DNA of 64,000 bases, taken from assembly GCF_009914755.1 (NCBI RefSeq), contig NC_060933.1; one strand, written 5' to 3'. The notes under the pieces are model-generated. The model was not told the origin of the DNA. It made no database searches and saw only the letters and a list, made by a program, of their open reading frames with translations. A program made the translations under genes and the position numbers. The stretch is from the human T2T-CHM13v2.0 reference genome, Homo sapiens. Positions 1 to 21,123 of this stretch are shown here, one piece after another; position 1 is the stretch's first letter, and each line of letters opens with the position of its first letter.

Positions 1-333
1 TGCCCAAAGTTACCCTGTATGGTTTGGACAGGGAAACCCCCAGTTCCAGGAGCACCCCCTCTTCCCAGAAAACTCATGAGTAATCGACCCCTTGTTTAGC
101 ATATAATCATGAAATAGTCATAAAATAGCCAGCTAACAACCCCTGCTCCCCATGCTACTATACATATGGGGTGGCCCTGCTCTGCCTATGGAGTAGCCAC
201 CCTTTTATTTTACTTTTTAATAAACTTGCTTACACTTTACTCTGTCGGCTTGCTCTGGAGTTCTTTCCTGCACAAAGCCAAGACCCCACTTGGCCTCCCG
301 GGCTAAGCCTCAGTTTTGGAGTTCACCTTGTGA
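1..333 (+). mobile_element. 3' part of an ERV-type solo LTR (cut by window edge)
   Basis: LTR-like R/U5 text: AATAAACTTGCT at ~219, followed by typical U5 sequence ending near 333; family not resolved. Confidence 0.55.
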
Positions 334-667
334 TATATCTGTAACATGCTTCTACTTAAACCTGCTATCTTAAAGAAGTAGGATTCAAGTCATTAGTGTT
401 TTTCCTGTATCAACAGTCCATGAATCTGTCCAAATTACCTTATTGCCATATAAACTTCAGAATTTGATAGGATTTGGGTACCTATCTAATACCCAAATAC
501 CATCTAATCTGTCTCTCTTCTTCTACAGCTAAGCCATTATTAACTATATTTTTCAAATCAAAATTTATTGAATACCTTCTAACTGCAAAGTAAGGTTAAT
601 GCTTCTTGTGGCTAGATTTTATCTTTCTGAGCAAAGACTATGGTAATTTTTTAAAAAAAAAAATCTT

Positions 668-970
<303 letters not shown>

Positions 971-2789
971 TTAGTAGGGTACCCCTGACGGGGTAGATGT
1001 TTTAATGAACACTCAACGATTAATGTTCTGCAAGCTATTTATTCTTTCATCAGTTTAGTTTCAGCAGCCTGCCTGTCAGAATTCTAAACTACACTTCTGC
1101 TAGTATTGCTGAATCTGTGAGGTTTCTTGGTCACAGTAGCCAGATAGAACTCATGACTAACTCCCCAAAATATGACTGGAGACCCTGTCTTACCTACTTC
1201 TTAGTATACTGGTGACCTGACAGTTGTTATTTAAAAACCCTGTGGTTACTATGTTCTCAACTCATAATGATCCCTGTAATCAGCCAGGCAAAATTAGCTG
1301 TGAGTATCCTAATCTTTGCCACATCCCTCAGGCCATCCAACTGTAAGTTCCTTTCTCTTTCAAGGCTGACTCTGATGTTGTTAGAACAGTAAAGACAGAA
1401 AATAAAAACGAGTGCCAGATGCTAGAGCTTCTTGCTCTCTAAACCTCACAAATGATGTCATAATGTCAGTGCATTTGAGTTAGAAAGAGGTTCAGGAAAC
1501 ATTAAGGCAAATTTCTTCAGTTTGCCCAGGACACACCTCAAGCCAACAGTAATGAACTGACTTGCCTAAGGTCACCCAATTAGCCACTGGCAGAGCTAGG
1601 ACTATAGCCTCTCCCCTATTCTCGAGTTCAGCATTATTTCTCTCCATTTAAAAATGGTCCAAACACTATTTCTGAAAAGAAAAAGAAGGAAAAGGAGAAA
1701 AATTTCAAATTATTAGTCAAATTCATAGAGGGAAAATTTTTCTGCATCACCGGGACAGCATTTTGTACAAAGATTTTCTTGAAAGGGCAATGAGCCATTC
1801 AAATGACCCTGAGTCCTTCTAAAGACATAAATTCTTCATAAATTAAAATTTTAATGATTATCATAAGAATGTATTAGTTTTTAATCAGGTAGTTAAGTGT
1901 AAACATTTTAAGTGGAAAGCCTCATGTTTACACATGCAAATTACTGCCTATAAAGCATATTCTCTTTAATTTACTAATGACACAAGAAAATGTACAAAAC
2001 TGAAGTGAAATCAAGACACATGTGAATGGCCTAAACTCAAATAGAAAAATACAGATACCAGGGCTTTGAGAATTGGCTAAGATGTCCTTTTTTAACATTC
2101 TAAGTAATGAAACTGAAAATGAGACAAGGGTTTGGGAGGGAATGGTGCATAGAGTAACAGGAAGAAATATTTATGAAAAGGAAGGAAATTCTACGGATTT
2201 ATGAATAGTTTTGATCCAATGGAATTACAGTTGAACTCTTTTAACAGAAGTTCCTTTCAACTCAAGAATGATAGAAACATTATGTATTTGTGGATTTCTC
2301 TCACAGTAAATTAAGTGTTGATGGATATTAGATCATTTATGATTTAAAAATCCAGCATTTTATTTGAATTTTTCTATTTTTCTGAAAAATTATGTCTATA
2401 TAGCTAAATAAGCAAAATATATATAAATGACAAAACTATCAGGAATTTTGCCCAGTGACTGTCCCAGGCACTGTCCCGGGTAAGTGAGAGAAAGTGAGAT
2501 CTAGTGCACTGGTAGAGGAGTTGGCCATAAATTAGAGTCCAGGCCATTTCTCCATAGTAACAGGAGGGAAGACAGGTTCCCTCCTGTTACTATGGAGTAT
2601 AATGGGAATACTTCCTGGAAGGTTAGGGGATGTGGTGGTGAGAGCATTTGGAAGTTCTTTTCTAGTTCTCTTAGTGAAATAGGAAGCATGAGAGTGGAGA
2701 TGGGGAGAGGAATTGGAAGTTTGGGGTGGATGAAGTGTTGGTTGGCTTAAAAAGTCAGACAATGAAGGAAATAGAAAAATCCATCTTTC

Positions 2790-3940
<1,151 letters not shown>

Positions 3941-4254
3941 AAAGAAAATTTTCCCTCCCTCTGGACAGAGGTGATATTTCAGGAAATAAAAAATACAGCA
4001 GAGCTGCGTTACAGACACACATGTATATTTTATTTGTACAAATCTGCCCAACAGGCTCAAGAAAGTATGTTATCTAAAGGTAAGAGTGAGATGGGAGAAT
4101 CTCCTGTTTCCTCAGTCTCACTTCTTACAGCCCTCTCGTAAGTGAGCATCTTGCTATGCTGAGTTATTTTAATGTTTAAAGAACATAGTCGGGGTACATT
4201 TACACATGTATATTATTGCATGGTTGTATACACATTACATGTGCATACACGTTA

Positions 4255-4455
4255 TGAACTATTGTTCATAACAATGTATTCTTGAAAATTGCTATGAGAG
4301 CAGTTTAAGTGCTCTCACCACAAAAAATGAAAAGTACGTGAGGTGATGCATGTTCATTAGCTTGATTTAGCCATTCTACTACGTATACATATTTCAAAAC
4401 AACATGTTACACATGATGAATATATAAAATTTTTATTTGTCAGTTATAAAGAAAA
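4255..4455 (+). mobile_element. old L1 (L1MA-like) 3' end
   Basis: CTTGAAAATTGCTATGAGAG...CTCACCACAAAAAATG...ATTAGCTTGATTTAGCCATT. Confidence 0.7.
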
Positions 4456-4459
4456 ATTA

Positions 4460-4758
<299 letters not shown>

Positions 4759-4894
4759 ATTGAGAGCAAATAATGAGCAATAAAAGAGATTATCAAGGGA
4801 CGTTTAATTGCATATGATTTTTCCACACTGCAAGATGGAACTTTAGAAATTAAACCCAGCTTAAGGTACAAATGCCTTGAAAAGTTTTGCTCAC

Positions 4895-4967
4895 CAAAGA
4901 CCATGTAGTCAGGGGCCAGTGGTCAGGTCCTTCTTCTTGATGCCATCTTATATAAGTAAGTAGAGAC
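4895..4967 (-). other. ZNF883: candidate 73-nt 5' UTR exon of the leftward gene
   Basis: minus strand: long polypyrimidine tract ...CTGCTTTCTCAG|GTCTC and donor TTTG|GTGAGC; gene name inferred from position. Confidence 0.45.
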
Positions 4968-5739
4968 CTGAGAAAGCAGAGCTGAAAAAGGAAAGGGGCC
5001 CTGAGAAATCAGGACTGTCTTTATGAGAAGCCTGTCTGACTACCTGGATATAACCCACACCCTCTGTAAAAATGTCAGAATGAATCTAGGAACAGATTCT
5101 TTCCCTGCAGAGTACAAAGTGAAAGGCCACTTACATTCCTCTCTCTGGTCACTGGTCCAATCTGACAAACCAGAAACAGGGCTAACTTTATCCTCCCATG
5201 ATGGGTGGCACCGAGTGCACCAGCTCCCTCTTTGTTTGTTAACAATACTTGTAAAGCATATACAATTTTTCGAAGTGCATTCACAAATGCCATCTCAAAG
5301 AACAAACAATTGCTCTTCGTCGCCCGCAGAGTGTAGGGAATCAATTCCACAGTTCTTTATAGAAGAGACTTCAGAAATTTACCAGTAAAACGAAACAAGC
5401 TATCTCTAGAGAGGAGGTGAGTTTCTGAGGAAAGAGCAAGAACTGGATGTCGGGAAACCTAAATTCTAGTTGGCACTAAATACGTATATCACGGTTTTCT
5501 TGCAATTCCCAGGTCTACCTACCACCAAGGTCTGGGGTGGTTGCCCCTCCCCAGATAAACTGCCCCCCATCACAGTCAAAGCAAGGCCCAAAAGCTCTGA
5601 GCTCTGTTCTCATGACTCTCCAACCCAGAAGAGAACCCAAGCCCCTGACTGTTAAGGCTGGGATGAGCAGACACGGCTTTGCCTCCTCCTCACCCTGAAG
5701 CGGGATGCTGGCCCAGGTCACCACCACCCCTCCACTGCA

Positions 5740-6090
5740 ACGTGAACCAAATACCCAGCCTGACCTAATCGGCTTTCCTCCGCCCCCGGGCCCGGCCAAT
5801 GCATTCTCAGGCCTCTCCCGACCCGCCCGAATGGTTGTGTTTGAAGGGGACCTCTCTCCCCACCTCCCACACGAGTGCAAGGGTCGGGAAAGAAAAAGCT
5901 CACCTGCTCCACCGAAAAATAAAGAGCACGGTCGGGCGATGTGGTTCCCAAGCCAGGAAGTACGCCTGCGCACGCGGCCGCCAGGAACTACATTTCCCAG
6001 CATCTTCTGCAAAGCGCCCTCTTGAGCTGCGTCTTTCACCGGTGTCTTTCTAATGCTTTGCGGGTTGCGAACGTGCGTCGTTTCCATCGT
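5740..6090 (-). promoter_or_regulatory. ZNF883: CpG promoter and first exon (~5904-5975) of a minus-strand gene extending left of the window
   Basis: CpG-rich; ZNF143 site ACTACATTTCCCAGCA 5987-6002; ETS CCAGGAAGT 5953-5961; NRF1-like TGCGCACGCG; minus-strand donor GAGCAG|GTGAGC at 5904/5903; name from recalled gene order next to ZFP37. Confidence 0.65.
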
Positions 6091-7774
6091 TGTTTACATG
6101 AAAAGAAGAAAAAAGGAAAAGATTTTTTCTTTTGCTATAAACAACTGTAAATCCAAAGAGATGCAAAGTTTGCGTTAACAACACCCCAGACACAAAAGTA
6201 ATACCTATTCACTACATTAATAGATGATTTATAAATAACTCTTTATTCAACAGATAAAAAACCAAACTACCCAGATGGATTCATTGCAGAAATATTTATT
6301 AACGCAGTGATTAATATTTTTTAGCATTCTAAAAGTAAATCTCTGATTTATAGCTAGCTTCTTTGTTATGAGTGTGTGTTGAGGGGACGGTGGCGGGGGG
6401 GCGGGGCGGGCAGAGACAGGGGGCAGAGAGAGAGACAGCGAGCAAGCACCAGAGAGATTCCATCCAAGAATGAGGTCATACTTTTGGGGTAGATTTTTTT
6501 CTAGCTTTTTTCTTCCTGTTAGGAACTTAGGTTATGATCCCTTCAGTGCTACCAAAAATAGTATACTGATGAACATCCTTGTAGAGTAATCTGTTCACTC
6601 CTCCACATCTGTTCTTGACAAAAACGTCCGAAAAACGAATATAATGAAGAGGGAATATGTATATCTAACTTTTTTCTTAAACAAACGAATATAGATAGAT
6701 AGACAGATTGTAGATAACAGAGAATAGAGGTAAGGAAAAAGAACAAAATTAGTCAGATAAAAGTTCACTCCAAGATACTCCCTATTATATATTTAAATAT
6801 GTAATTTCTATGCATATATATACAAATTCTGTATAATTAGATATTCTCAAGTATAAAACTATACATACTTTAAAAAATTGCTTTATTGAGCTATGATTGA
6901 TATAACTGTACACAGTTAATATACACAACTTGATGTGTTTGGAGGTAAGTATATATACCTGTGAAACCATTAAGCCATCATGCCATCAATCCCATAAATT
7001 CATCTATCACTTCCAAAAGTTTCCACCCCTTTGGGCTTCCCCCACCTTTTGTGGTAAGAACACTTAATGTGAGATCTACCCTCTTTACTTATTTTTAAGT
7101 ATATAATACACTATTGTGAATCATAGGCTCTTTATGGTAAGAAGACATCCAGATCTTATTTATTGTGTATAAATAAATACTGAAACTTTGTACTCTTTGA
7201 CCAAAACCTGCCTATTTCTCCCTCACCAGCCCCTTCACCATTTTACTTTCTGTTTCTATGTATTTCCCTATTTTTGATTCCACATATAAGTGAGATCATG
7301 CAATATTTGTCTTTCTGTGCCTAACTTCTTTCACTTAGCATAATATCCTCCAGTTTCATCCATGGTGTCATAAATGACAGGATTTCATTGTTAATAAGGC
7401 TGAATAATATTCCATTATATGTATATACCACATTTTCTTTACTTGTCCACCAATAGATATTTAGGTTGTTTCCATATCTTGGCTACTGTGAATACTGCTG
7501 CAATAAACGTGGAAGTGCAGATATCTCTTTGAGATCCAGATTTCCATTCCTCCGGATATATACCCAAAAGTGAGATTGCTGGATCAAAGGGTAATTCTAT
7601 ATTTAGAGGTACATTTATATTGATTTCCATAGTGGCTGGACCAATTTACATTCCTACTAATAGTACACAGGGTTTGTTTCCTCTACATCATCTGTTATGT
7701 ATTTATTTTTATAATAGCTATTTTAACAGAAGTATGGTGATAACTCATTGTGGTTTTGATTTGCATTTCCCTGA

Positions 7775-8369
<595 letters not shown>

Positions 8370-8919
8370 AGTGCAGGAGGTTTTTAGTTTGATGTAATCC
8401 CACTTGGTATAATCCCACTTTGGTGTCATATCCAATAAATCATTGGCCAGCACAATGTCTAGAATATTTTCCCCCATGTTTTTGTCTAAACGTTTTATTG
8501 CTTCAGGTTTTATGTTTAAGACTTTAATCAATTTTGAGTTAATGTTTGCATGTAGTATAACATAAGAGTCCAGTTTCATTCATGTGGCTATCCAATTTTT
8601 CCAACACTATTTATTGAAGAGACTATCTTTTCATCATTGTGGGTTTATTTCTGAGCTCTCTATTCTGTTCCATTTGTCTAGACGTCTGTTTTTATGCTAG
8701 TCATACACTGTTTTGATTAATGTAGCTTTATAATATATTTGGAAATTAGGGAGTATGATATTTCCAGCTTTGTTAGTCTGGCTCAAATTTTCCTTGGTTA
8801 TTTGAGTCTTTTGTGGTTCCAAATGAATTTCAGGATTTTTTCTGTAAAAAAAAAAATGCCGTTGGGATTTTACTAGTGATTGCACTGTATCTATAGGGCA
8901 CTACTGGAAGTATGGACAT

Positions 8920-9777
8920 TGCTATGCTTTGAATCTTTGTCCTCTTCAAAACTCATGTTGAAATTTAATTGCCATTGTGACAGTATTGACAGGTGGGACT
9001 TTAAAGAGGTGGTTAGGTTGTGAGAGCTGTGCCCTCATGAATGGACTAATGCCTTTATCTATCAAGAAAGTGCGTTTGCCACGTATGTTTATTGCGGCAC
9101 TATTCACAATAGCAAAGACTTGGAACCAACCCAAATGTCCATCAATGATAGACTGGATTAAGAAAATGTGGCACATATACACCATGGAATACTATGCAGC
9201 CATAAAAAATGATGAGTTCCTGTCCTTTGTAGGGACATGGATGAAGCTGGAAACCATCATTCTCAGCAAACTATCTCAAGGACAAAAAACCAAACACCGC
9301 ATGTTCTCACTCATAGGTGGGAATCGAACAATGAGAATACTTGGACACAGGAAGGGGAACATCACACACTGGGGCCTGTCATGGGGTGGGGCGGGGAGGG
9401 ATAGCATTAGGAGATATACCTAATGTAAATGACGAGTTAATGGGTGCAGCACACCAACATGGCACATGTATACATATGTAACAAATCTGTACGTTGTGCA
9501 CATGTATCCTAGAACTGAAAGTATAATAAAATGAAATAGCCTAACTATACTTTTAAAAAAAAAAAGTGCATTTGCCTCCCCTTTGCTCTTCTCTCTTTGC
9601 CCTTCTGTCATGTGATGCCTTCCATCATGTAATGATATAGCAAAAAGGGCCTATCTAGATGCTGAAACTTGGATATTGGACTTTCCATTTTCCAGAACTG
9701 TGAGACAACAAATATCTGTTCATTATAAATGACCAAGTCTATCATATTCTGTTATAGCAGCACCAAATAGACTGACA
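8920..9777. mobile_element. MaLR (MST-like) solo LTR
   Basis: TGCTATGCTTTGAAT...AAACTCATGTTGAAATTTAAT...TTATAGCAGCACCAAATAGACTGACA. Confidence 0.75.
9079..9563 (+). mobile_element. 5'-truncated L1PA 3' end inserted in the MaLR LTR
   Basis: near-consensus L1PA ORF2 end and 3' UTR; flanking near-identical AAAGTGC(G/A)TTTGCC target duplication. Confidence 0.9.
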
Positions 9778-10119
9778 GATGTTTTAACAATAGTAATTCT
9801 TCCAATTCACAAATATAGGATGTCTTTCCATTTACATGTCTTTCAAAATTTCCCAATGTTGTGTAGTTTTCCATGTCTACGTCTTTTATTTCCTTTGATA
9901 AGTTTATTCTAAGTATTTTATTCTTTTTGATGCTATTGTAAATGGAATTGTTTTCTTAATTTCCTTTTTGAATAGATTATTGTTAGTGTATAGAAACACA
10001 ACTGATTTTTACATGTCGATTTTGTATCCTGCAAGTTTTTTTATATCCTGCAAATTCAGTAAAGAATTTGCTTGTTAATTCTAAGAATTTTTTGTAGACT
10101 TCTTAAAGTTTTCTATATA

Positions 10120-11905
<1,786 letters not shown>

Positions 11906-12054
11906 GAGTGCATGCCTGTAATCCCAGCTTCTCAGGAGGCTGAGGCAGGAACCCGGGAGGTGGAGGTTGCAGTGAGCCGAGATCACACCATTGCATTTCA
12001 GACTAGGCAACAAGAGCAAAACTCTGCCTCAAAAAGAAAAGAAAAGAAAAGAAA

Positions 12055-12546
12055 TTGTTCTATCATAAAGACACATGCATGCGTATGTTCATTTCAGCGC
12101 TATAATAGCAAAAGACATGGAATCAACCTAAGTGCCCATCAACAGTAGACTGGATAAAGAAAATGTGGTACATATATGCCATGAAATACTATGCAGCCAT
12201 GAAAAAGAATGAGGTCATGTCCTTTGCAGGAACACTGATGGAGCTGGAGGCTATCATCCTTAGCAAACTAATGCAGAAACAAAAAAAACAAACATTGCAT
12301 GTTCTCACCTTTAAGTGGAAACTAAATAATCAGAACACATGAACACATAGAGGGAAACAACGCATATTGGGGCCTACTGCAGAGTGGAGGGTGGGAGGAG
12401 GGAGAGGATCAAGAAAAATAACTTATGGATACTAGGCTTAATATCTGGGTGATGAAATGATCTGTACAACAAACCTTGATGACATGAGTTTACCTATATA
12501 ACAAGCCTGCACATGTACCCCTGAACTTAAAATAAAAGTTAAAAAA
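12055..12546 (+). mobile_element. L1PB-like 3' end
   Basis: AAGACATGGAATCAACCTAAGTGCCC...CCCCTGAACTTAAAATAAAAGTTAAAAAA. Confidence 0.85.
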
Positions 12547-12668
12547 TTTCTCTCAGCAATGTTTTATAGTTTTCAGAGCTTATCTTCATTAATTTACTCC
12601 TATTTTATCATCTAACATGCTGTTGTAATTGGATTGTTAAATTTTATTTTTTAATATTTTATTTTTAA

Positions 12669-13285
<617 letters not shown>

Positions 13286-15100
13286 ACAATTGCTTTTTGT
13301 GTATTGGCCTTTTACCCTGGGAACTTGATAAATTTATTTATTAGTTTTGGTTAATACTTGTAGATTCCTTAGGATTTTATATGTCTATGATCATATTGAT
13401 GTGAATAAGTAAGTGTTACTTCTTCCTTCTCAACTTGTCTGCTTTTCATTTATTTTTCTTCTCTTACTACACTGGCCAGGATTTATATTACAGTGTTGAA
13501 TAAAAATGAGAACAGATAATTTTTTTCTGTTTTTGATCTTACATACAAAGCAGTAACCAGAAAACTGATACGGGTAGAAAAAAAACTTACAATCTCTCGT
13601 TCATTTGTTCAGAGTTTTCATCATGAATAGATGTTGAATTTTGTAAAATGTTTGTATGCCTCTATAGACATAATTGTGTAAGTTTTTGCATTACTTTATC
13701 ATGCTAAATTACATTATTTTCACAATTAAATTAAAAACTTGCATTTCTGAAATGCCATTCCAATTAATCAGAACAAATTTCTACATTTTATGTATTAATG
13801 GATTCAATATACTAATTAATGTACTAAATTCTAGAGAATTTATAAATCTATAGTCATCCAGGATATTGATTTGGAGGTTTTCCTATTTATGATGTCTTTG
13901 ATGTTGCTTTCAGGATAATACTGATCCACTAAAATGAGATGAAAAGTATTTAATTCTCTTCTACTTTCTCAAAGAGTTTTTATAGGATTGGTATTATTTC
14001 TTCCTTAAGTATTTGACAGAATACTCTAGTGAAGCCATCTAGACCTGGAGTTTTCTTTTGGGGAAAATTTAAAATTACTGCTTCAATTTATTTAACTGTT
14101 ATTGGGCCACTTAGGCATTCTATTTCTTCTATACCCTGTTTTGGTAAAATATTTTTAAAGAAAATCTTCCATTTCATCTAAGCTGTCAAATTTCATAGTT
14201 TATATTGTTTGCTTTGTTTTACATGCCTTCAAAAAATGCAAACATGATGCTTAATTTAAGACCTCTATGAAAACAGGTCACTGGACCAATTCGGCCAGTT
14301 GTCTGACCCCTTTTCTACTTCACTCATTTGTGCTCTTATATTTATTACTGATATCCTCCTACTTAATTTTGGTTTAATTTGTTTGCATTTTTCTTTCTTC
14401 ATATGGTGGAAGCTTACATCATTGATTTTAGACATTTATTCTCTTCTAACAAAACATATAAAGCTATAATTGTTTTTCTAAGCTGTGCACCAGGGCATCC
14501 CAATATTTTTTTTGTTTTTTTTATTTCATTTCAGTATTATCCAAACATTTTCTGATTGTCTTGTATCTTTTGACTCATGAGTGATTCAAAATTGTGATGT
14601 TTAATTTCCACATATTTGAGGGCACTGCAGTTATCTTTGGGTTACTGGTTTTCAGCTTAATCCTGTTTGTTCACAGAATATATTCTGAATCTTTTCAATA
14701 TTTTAAAATGTATTATGACTTTTAAAAAGTCATTCAGAAAATGGTCTTACTTGTTGAATGTCTCAGGTGCACTTGAAATAACATATAGTATGCAAATGTT
14801 GAGTGGAATGTTTATAAATGTCAATTAAATGAATTTGATAGGATTGGTCATGTCTATCACCTTCCTGCTGACTTTTCGTCTACTTGTTCTATCACTATTG
14901 GGAAAGAAGTGCTGAGCTCTATAACTGTAAGTCTGTCTGACTCTACTTTATATTCTGTCATTTTTTTCTCTTTATTTTGAAACTCTTTAATTAGGTGTAG
15001 TCACCCTTAATTAGGATTGCTAGCTATGTTTTTATGAATTAACCATTGTCTGTTTTTGTCCTTGGTAATATAGTTTTTTTAAAAAAATTACCTTTATTAT

Positions 15101-15148
<48 letters not shown>

Positions 15149-15344
15149 CATATGCACGAATGTATGCATATAGATTCAAATTTTCAAATTAGTGTTTTGG
15201 GTCGCTTGCTTTCAGCCTGAAGAACTTCTTTTATTATTTCTTGTAAGGTGGCTCAGTTAGTAATGAATTATCTCTTGCATTCATTTTTGAAAGATAAATG
15301 TTTTATGTTTTGCTGGATATAAAATTCTTAGTTGACAATTTTCT

Positions 15345-15626
15345 TTATGAGGTAGGGTGTTGCTCTGTTGCCAGGCTGGAGAGCAGTGACATATTCATGG
15401 CTCACTGCAGTCTCAACTTCCCAGGCTCAAGAAATCCTCTCACCTCAGCCTCTCAAGTAGCTGAGACTACAGGTGCACACCACCACACCTGGTTAATTTT
15501 TAAAATTTGGGTAGAAACAGGATCTCGCTATGTTGCCCAGGACTCAAACTCCTAGGCTCAAGCAATCCTCCCATCTCAGCCACCAGAAGTGTTGGGATTA
15601 TATGCATGAGCCACCGTTCTTGGCCA
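15345..15626 (-). mobile_element. AluJ-like
   Basis: diverged antisense Alu dimer. Confidence 0.85.
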
Positions 15627-15803
15627 AGAATTCTTTTAGGACTTTAAATGTGCCATCCCACTGCATCGTAGCCTCCATTTTTTTTCTGATGAGGAGTCAG
15701 CTGTTGATTTTATAAGGGCTCCCTTTTAATGACAAGTTGTTTTTCTCTTGTTGCTTTCAATATTTTCTCTGTATTTCAACATTTTAATATAATGTATCTG
15801 GGT

Positions 15804-16480
<677 letters not shown>

Positions 16481-19400
16481 GGGTGTAGTTCTCTTTGCAT
16501 GTATCCCTTTTGGAGGACATTGAGTTTCTTAGGTATGTATTTTAATGTTTTTCATCAAATTTGGGAAGTTTTCAACCATCACTTTTTTCATATATTTTTC
16601 TTTCTCTTCTCTTGTCCTGAAATTTTCATTATATATATGTTGATGTGCTAAATGATATCCCACTCTTCTCTGAGGCTGTGTTCATTTACCTTCACTCTTT
16701 TTTCCATCTGTTTTCTGAATTTCATAATCTCTGTCACTCTATCTTCAAGTTCACTGATCCTTTCCTCTGCCAGTTGAAATCTACTGTAATCACAACTAGT
16801 GATTTTTTTCATTTAAATTATACTTTTCAACTCTGAAATATTCTGCTTATTTATCATTTTCGTCTCTGTTGATATACTGTATTTGATGAGGTTGTCATAA
16901 CATCCTTCACTTCTTTAGGTATAATTTCCTTTAACTATTTGAGCACGTTTATAATGGCTGATTTGAAGTCTTTGTGTATTGTCTGACATATGTGTCTTCT
17001 CACAGTTTCTATAGCTTGCTTTTCCCCTGTGTATGGGTTACATCATTCTGATTATTTTCATGTCTCATAATTTTTTTCAAAAAGTAGATGATTTAGATAA
17101 TATATCATAGCAAGTTTAGATATGGATTCCTCCCAGGGTTTGCTGTTTGCTTGTTTACTTGTTTAACAACTTGGCTAGACAATTTTAGTCAAAATATTTC
17201 CCCCATAGTGTGAAGTCTCTGATGTAACTTATCAGAGGGTTCAGCCTTGGGCATAAGTACAGTCACTCTGGGATGACAATGGATTTAGCAGAGTTGTCTC
17301 TGTCTTCATCAAATCTCTCTGTTAAGCCATCTGCCTCAGTTGGTATCACATCCAGCTGTTAGGCTCCACAAGTTGCCAGCTGCTGTTCTATTGTTTTCAG
17401 CAATACCCTGAAGCATAAGTTGCTCCAGTCTTTTTAGAGGTAGCTTTTGAGGCCTATCTTTAAGGTTTTTTTCAGACTCCAGGAGGGCCCTTCTAGGTGT
17501 CTCTTTCCCTCCTTCTGTCTGGTAAACTAAATGGGTTACAGTTTGGGCTTATTGTCTTCACGGAGCTACTGGATTCCTCTTAAATACTTATTGCCAAAAT
17601 CTCTGTTGTGTTTGAGAGCACACTTAGGCTTGAATTTCCCTTCACTCTGTTCTAAATGAAGTCAATTTTGGAGGGGGGGGAAAGGTCAGCTTGAGTGCTG
17701 TCTGTTCTTACGGTCTTCCTGTCCTCTGGACAGAATCTCTGAGTCGTTGCTTTAGAGCTAGGGTTGGAGGACAGTGGCCCACTTCTCCTGCAGTAACACT
17801 CCTGTTTTGTGAGAAGGTACTGTATGGGTGTGGTAGTTTCTGTTCTCAGCTTGCTTCTCCTGCCACGGAACTTCCTGGATGAGTAAGCTGAAGCAAGGGT
17901 GATTGGTGCCCCAGTATTCAATACCTGTCATGGATAGGGTAAAACCTCTGGCTTGTGTAAAGGGGTCAGTGGAAGAAAGAAGCGCTTGACCTCTCAGCTG
18001 TTTTTGCCTGAAATTTAGCTTTCACAGTGTGGACCTGGTGGTGAGGGGATGAGAAATTTTGGTGGCCTGCCCCTCATGGGGTGGGGGAGGACGTACTATT
18101 ACTTGATTGGACACTGGAGGAGCCCTATCTTCTTAGCCACTTCCTAGAGTGGAGCTTCCATGATAGATGAAGTAGGAAAGTGGGAAGGAGAAGATGGGTC
18201 ATGGCACACATGCTACAGATTCCCACTGTCCTTAATGAGATTTAGATTTTCTTGAATAAATGTTTTTTCCTTTGCTGTGTTCCCTTAGGACAATTTTGAG
18301 TGTCTTTAAATTATAATATTACAAATGTCACGAGTTATGTTTGCTTTACTGGGAAAAAGGAACTCAGACCTCCTACCACCATTCTGGAAGTGGATTTGTG
18401 GCTATTTTTTTTTAAGGTCTCTGCCCTGACTGACAAAATTCCACATCTCTTCTGATGGTCTTTATGAATATTCCTCAAGGCATTTTGGGGCAGCTCTGAC
18501 AGCTTGCAGCTATTTTAGGCCAGAGAGGACAGAAAACTCAGGGAAGGAGGAAGAAACAATGACTGATAGGAATGATGAGAGCAAGAATGTCATTTAAGAC
18601 ATATCTTTAAATAAAGCTATTCTTATATGGTCAACATTTCAGTCTTGGCATTTCCCTTTCCACTTCAATCCTATTACGTGGTATTAATTTATTCTGTGAT
18701 TTAAAATATCTTCATTTCCTTTACATCACAAACTAGTATTTTTAAAACACTATAACCATATTAAAAAGACACCTTGCATAGTTACATTTGAATTCAATTG
18801 CTTTTTTTAGTTAAAGAAGGGAAACGTTCTACAGATTTTTCTTCCTCTGTCTCCCCCAAGCAATTGCAGTTAACCTGCAAAATCCGGAACCATGATTGTT
18901 TTAGTTCTTTATTGTTTGACACCCACCCCTGCCCCCAACTTTCTGCTAATGTACAAAAATTTTCTACAAACTATTGCTTGGCTGTTTCACCCTAGATAAA
19001 ATATTGATTAAAGTCATTTTGCATATACATTTTTACTTAGAATGTGCTGTTTTAAGCAAATATTGCTTTTAGTAAAGTTTTAAACAGCACAATGTAGCCA
19101 CAAGACATTTTCACTTCTTTATTCATTAAACTTTGTTTCACTAGATAAGATAAAGCAATTAAGCAAGTAATGATGAAATACCTATTCCTCTGTGTTTTCG
19201 TGGTACATGAGACAACAAAAATGAATCTTCTGCATAGAAAATCCTCCAAACCTTGAATATCTAGTGCTAAAGAAGATAGCAATTAAGAGTGTGTGTGTCA
19301 ACACCACAAAGTGATTGAGTCTTGGTGATGAGGTTGGCATGCTTTTTGTTTTTAAGATGCTGCCAAGACCCAATTCTAATCTAATGTCCTCCAAAAAGGA

Positions 19401-20213
19401 GCCTTGGTAAAGCCTAAAATATTCATGGATGTCTTGCTTATCCGTCTTTTGCCTTTGGATAATACAATATGCCCTGAAATCAGAATGCAAGCAAAGGGGA
19501 ATTGTTGGTTCTACTTTACTGTTCATGACAATGAATACACTTCTTTGTTCCTTTCCAGGATTTGAGTACTCAGTTTGGTTAGTAAGAACTTTAAAAATGA
19601 AATAGGCCGTTTGTAATTCCTCCGTCCAGCTCAGAAGCTATTCTGCAAGAGCCATACTGTCTTGACTAATCTCTACCTAAGCTACCAAAGGGGTTTTGAA
19701 ATTCCATTTTCTGCACCTTGTCAGAAAAAAAATAGTCTGCAGTGTGACTCCCTCCTATCCCATTCACCACACACTTGCATAATTCCATTTCAATCTGTTA
19801 TACCCTAAGAATGTCTGAAATAGGGTAGATTCAACTGTGAAAATGGTAAGACCTTGAACTAGAATTTTAAATAAATGTAACACCTAAGCATCAGCATATC
19901 TATACACATCAGTACATACATTTAAAATAAACATTAGCATCTCATTGGAAGGCATAATTAACTATTTAGTCATTTAATTTGCAAACAATTTTTACCATAT
20001 TTTTAGCACTAAGGTAGTCCCATTTGTTACAACTTTTAATTCTGCCTGAAATTTTTGAAATATCTGTAAGAGTTTACGTATAGTGCAATGTTTCAGAGTC
20101 TCTAGGTATGAGCTGTGCTTTCTTGTGCAACTTTAACAAGTTATTTTCTTTGTGACTCAAATCTCAGTTGTTTAAAATGAGAATGGTAACTGACTCAGAG
20201 GCCAGTATACATA

Positions 20214-21123
<910 letters not shown>

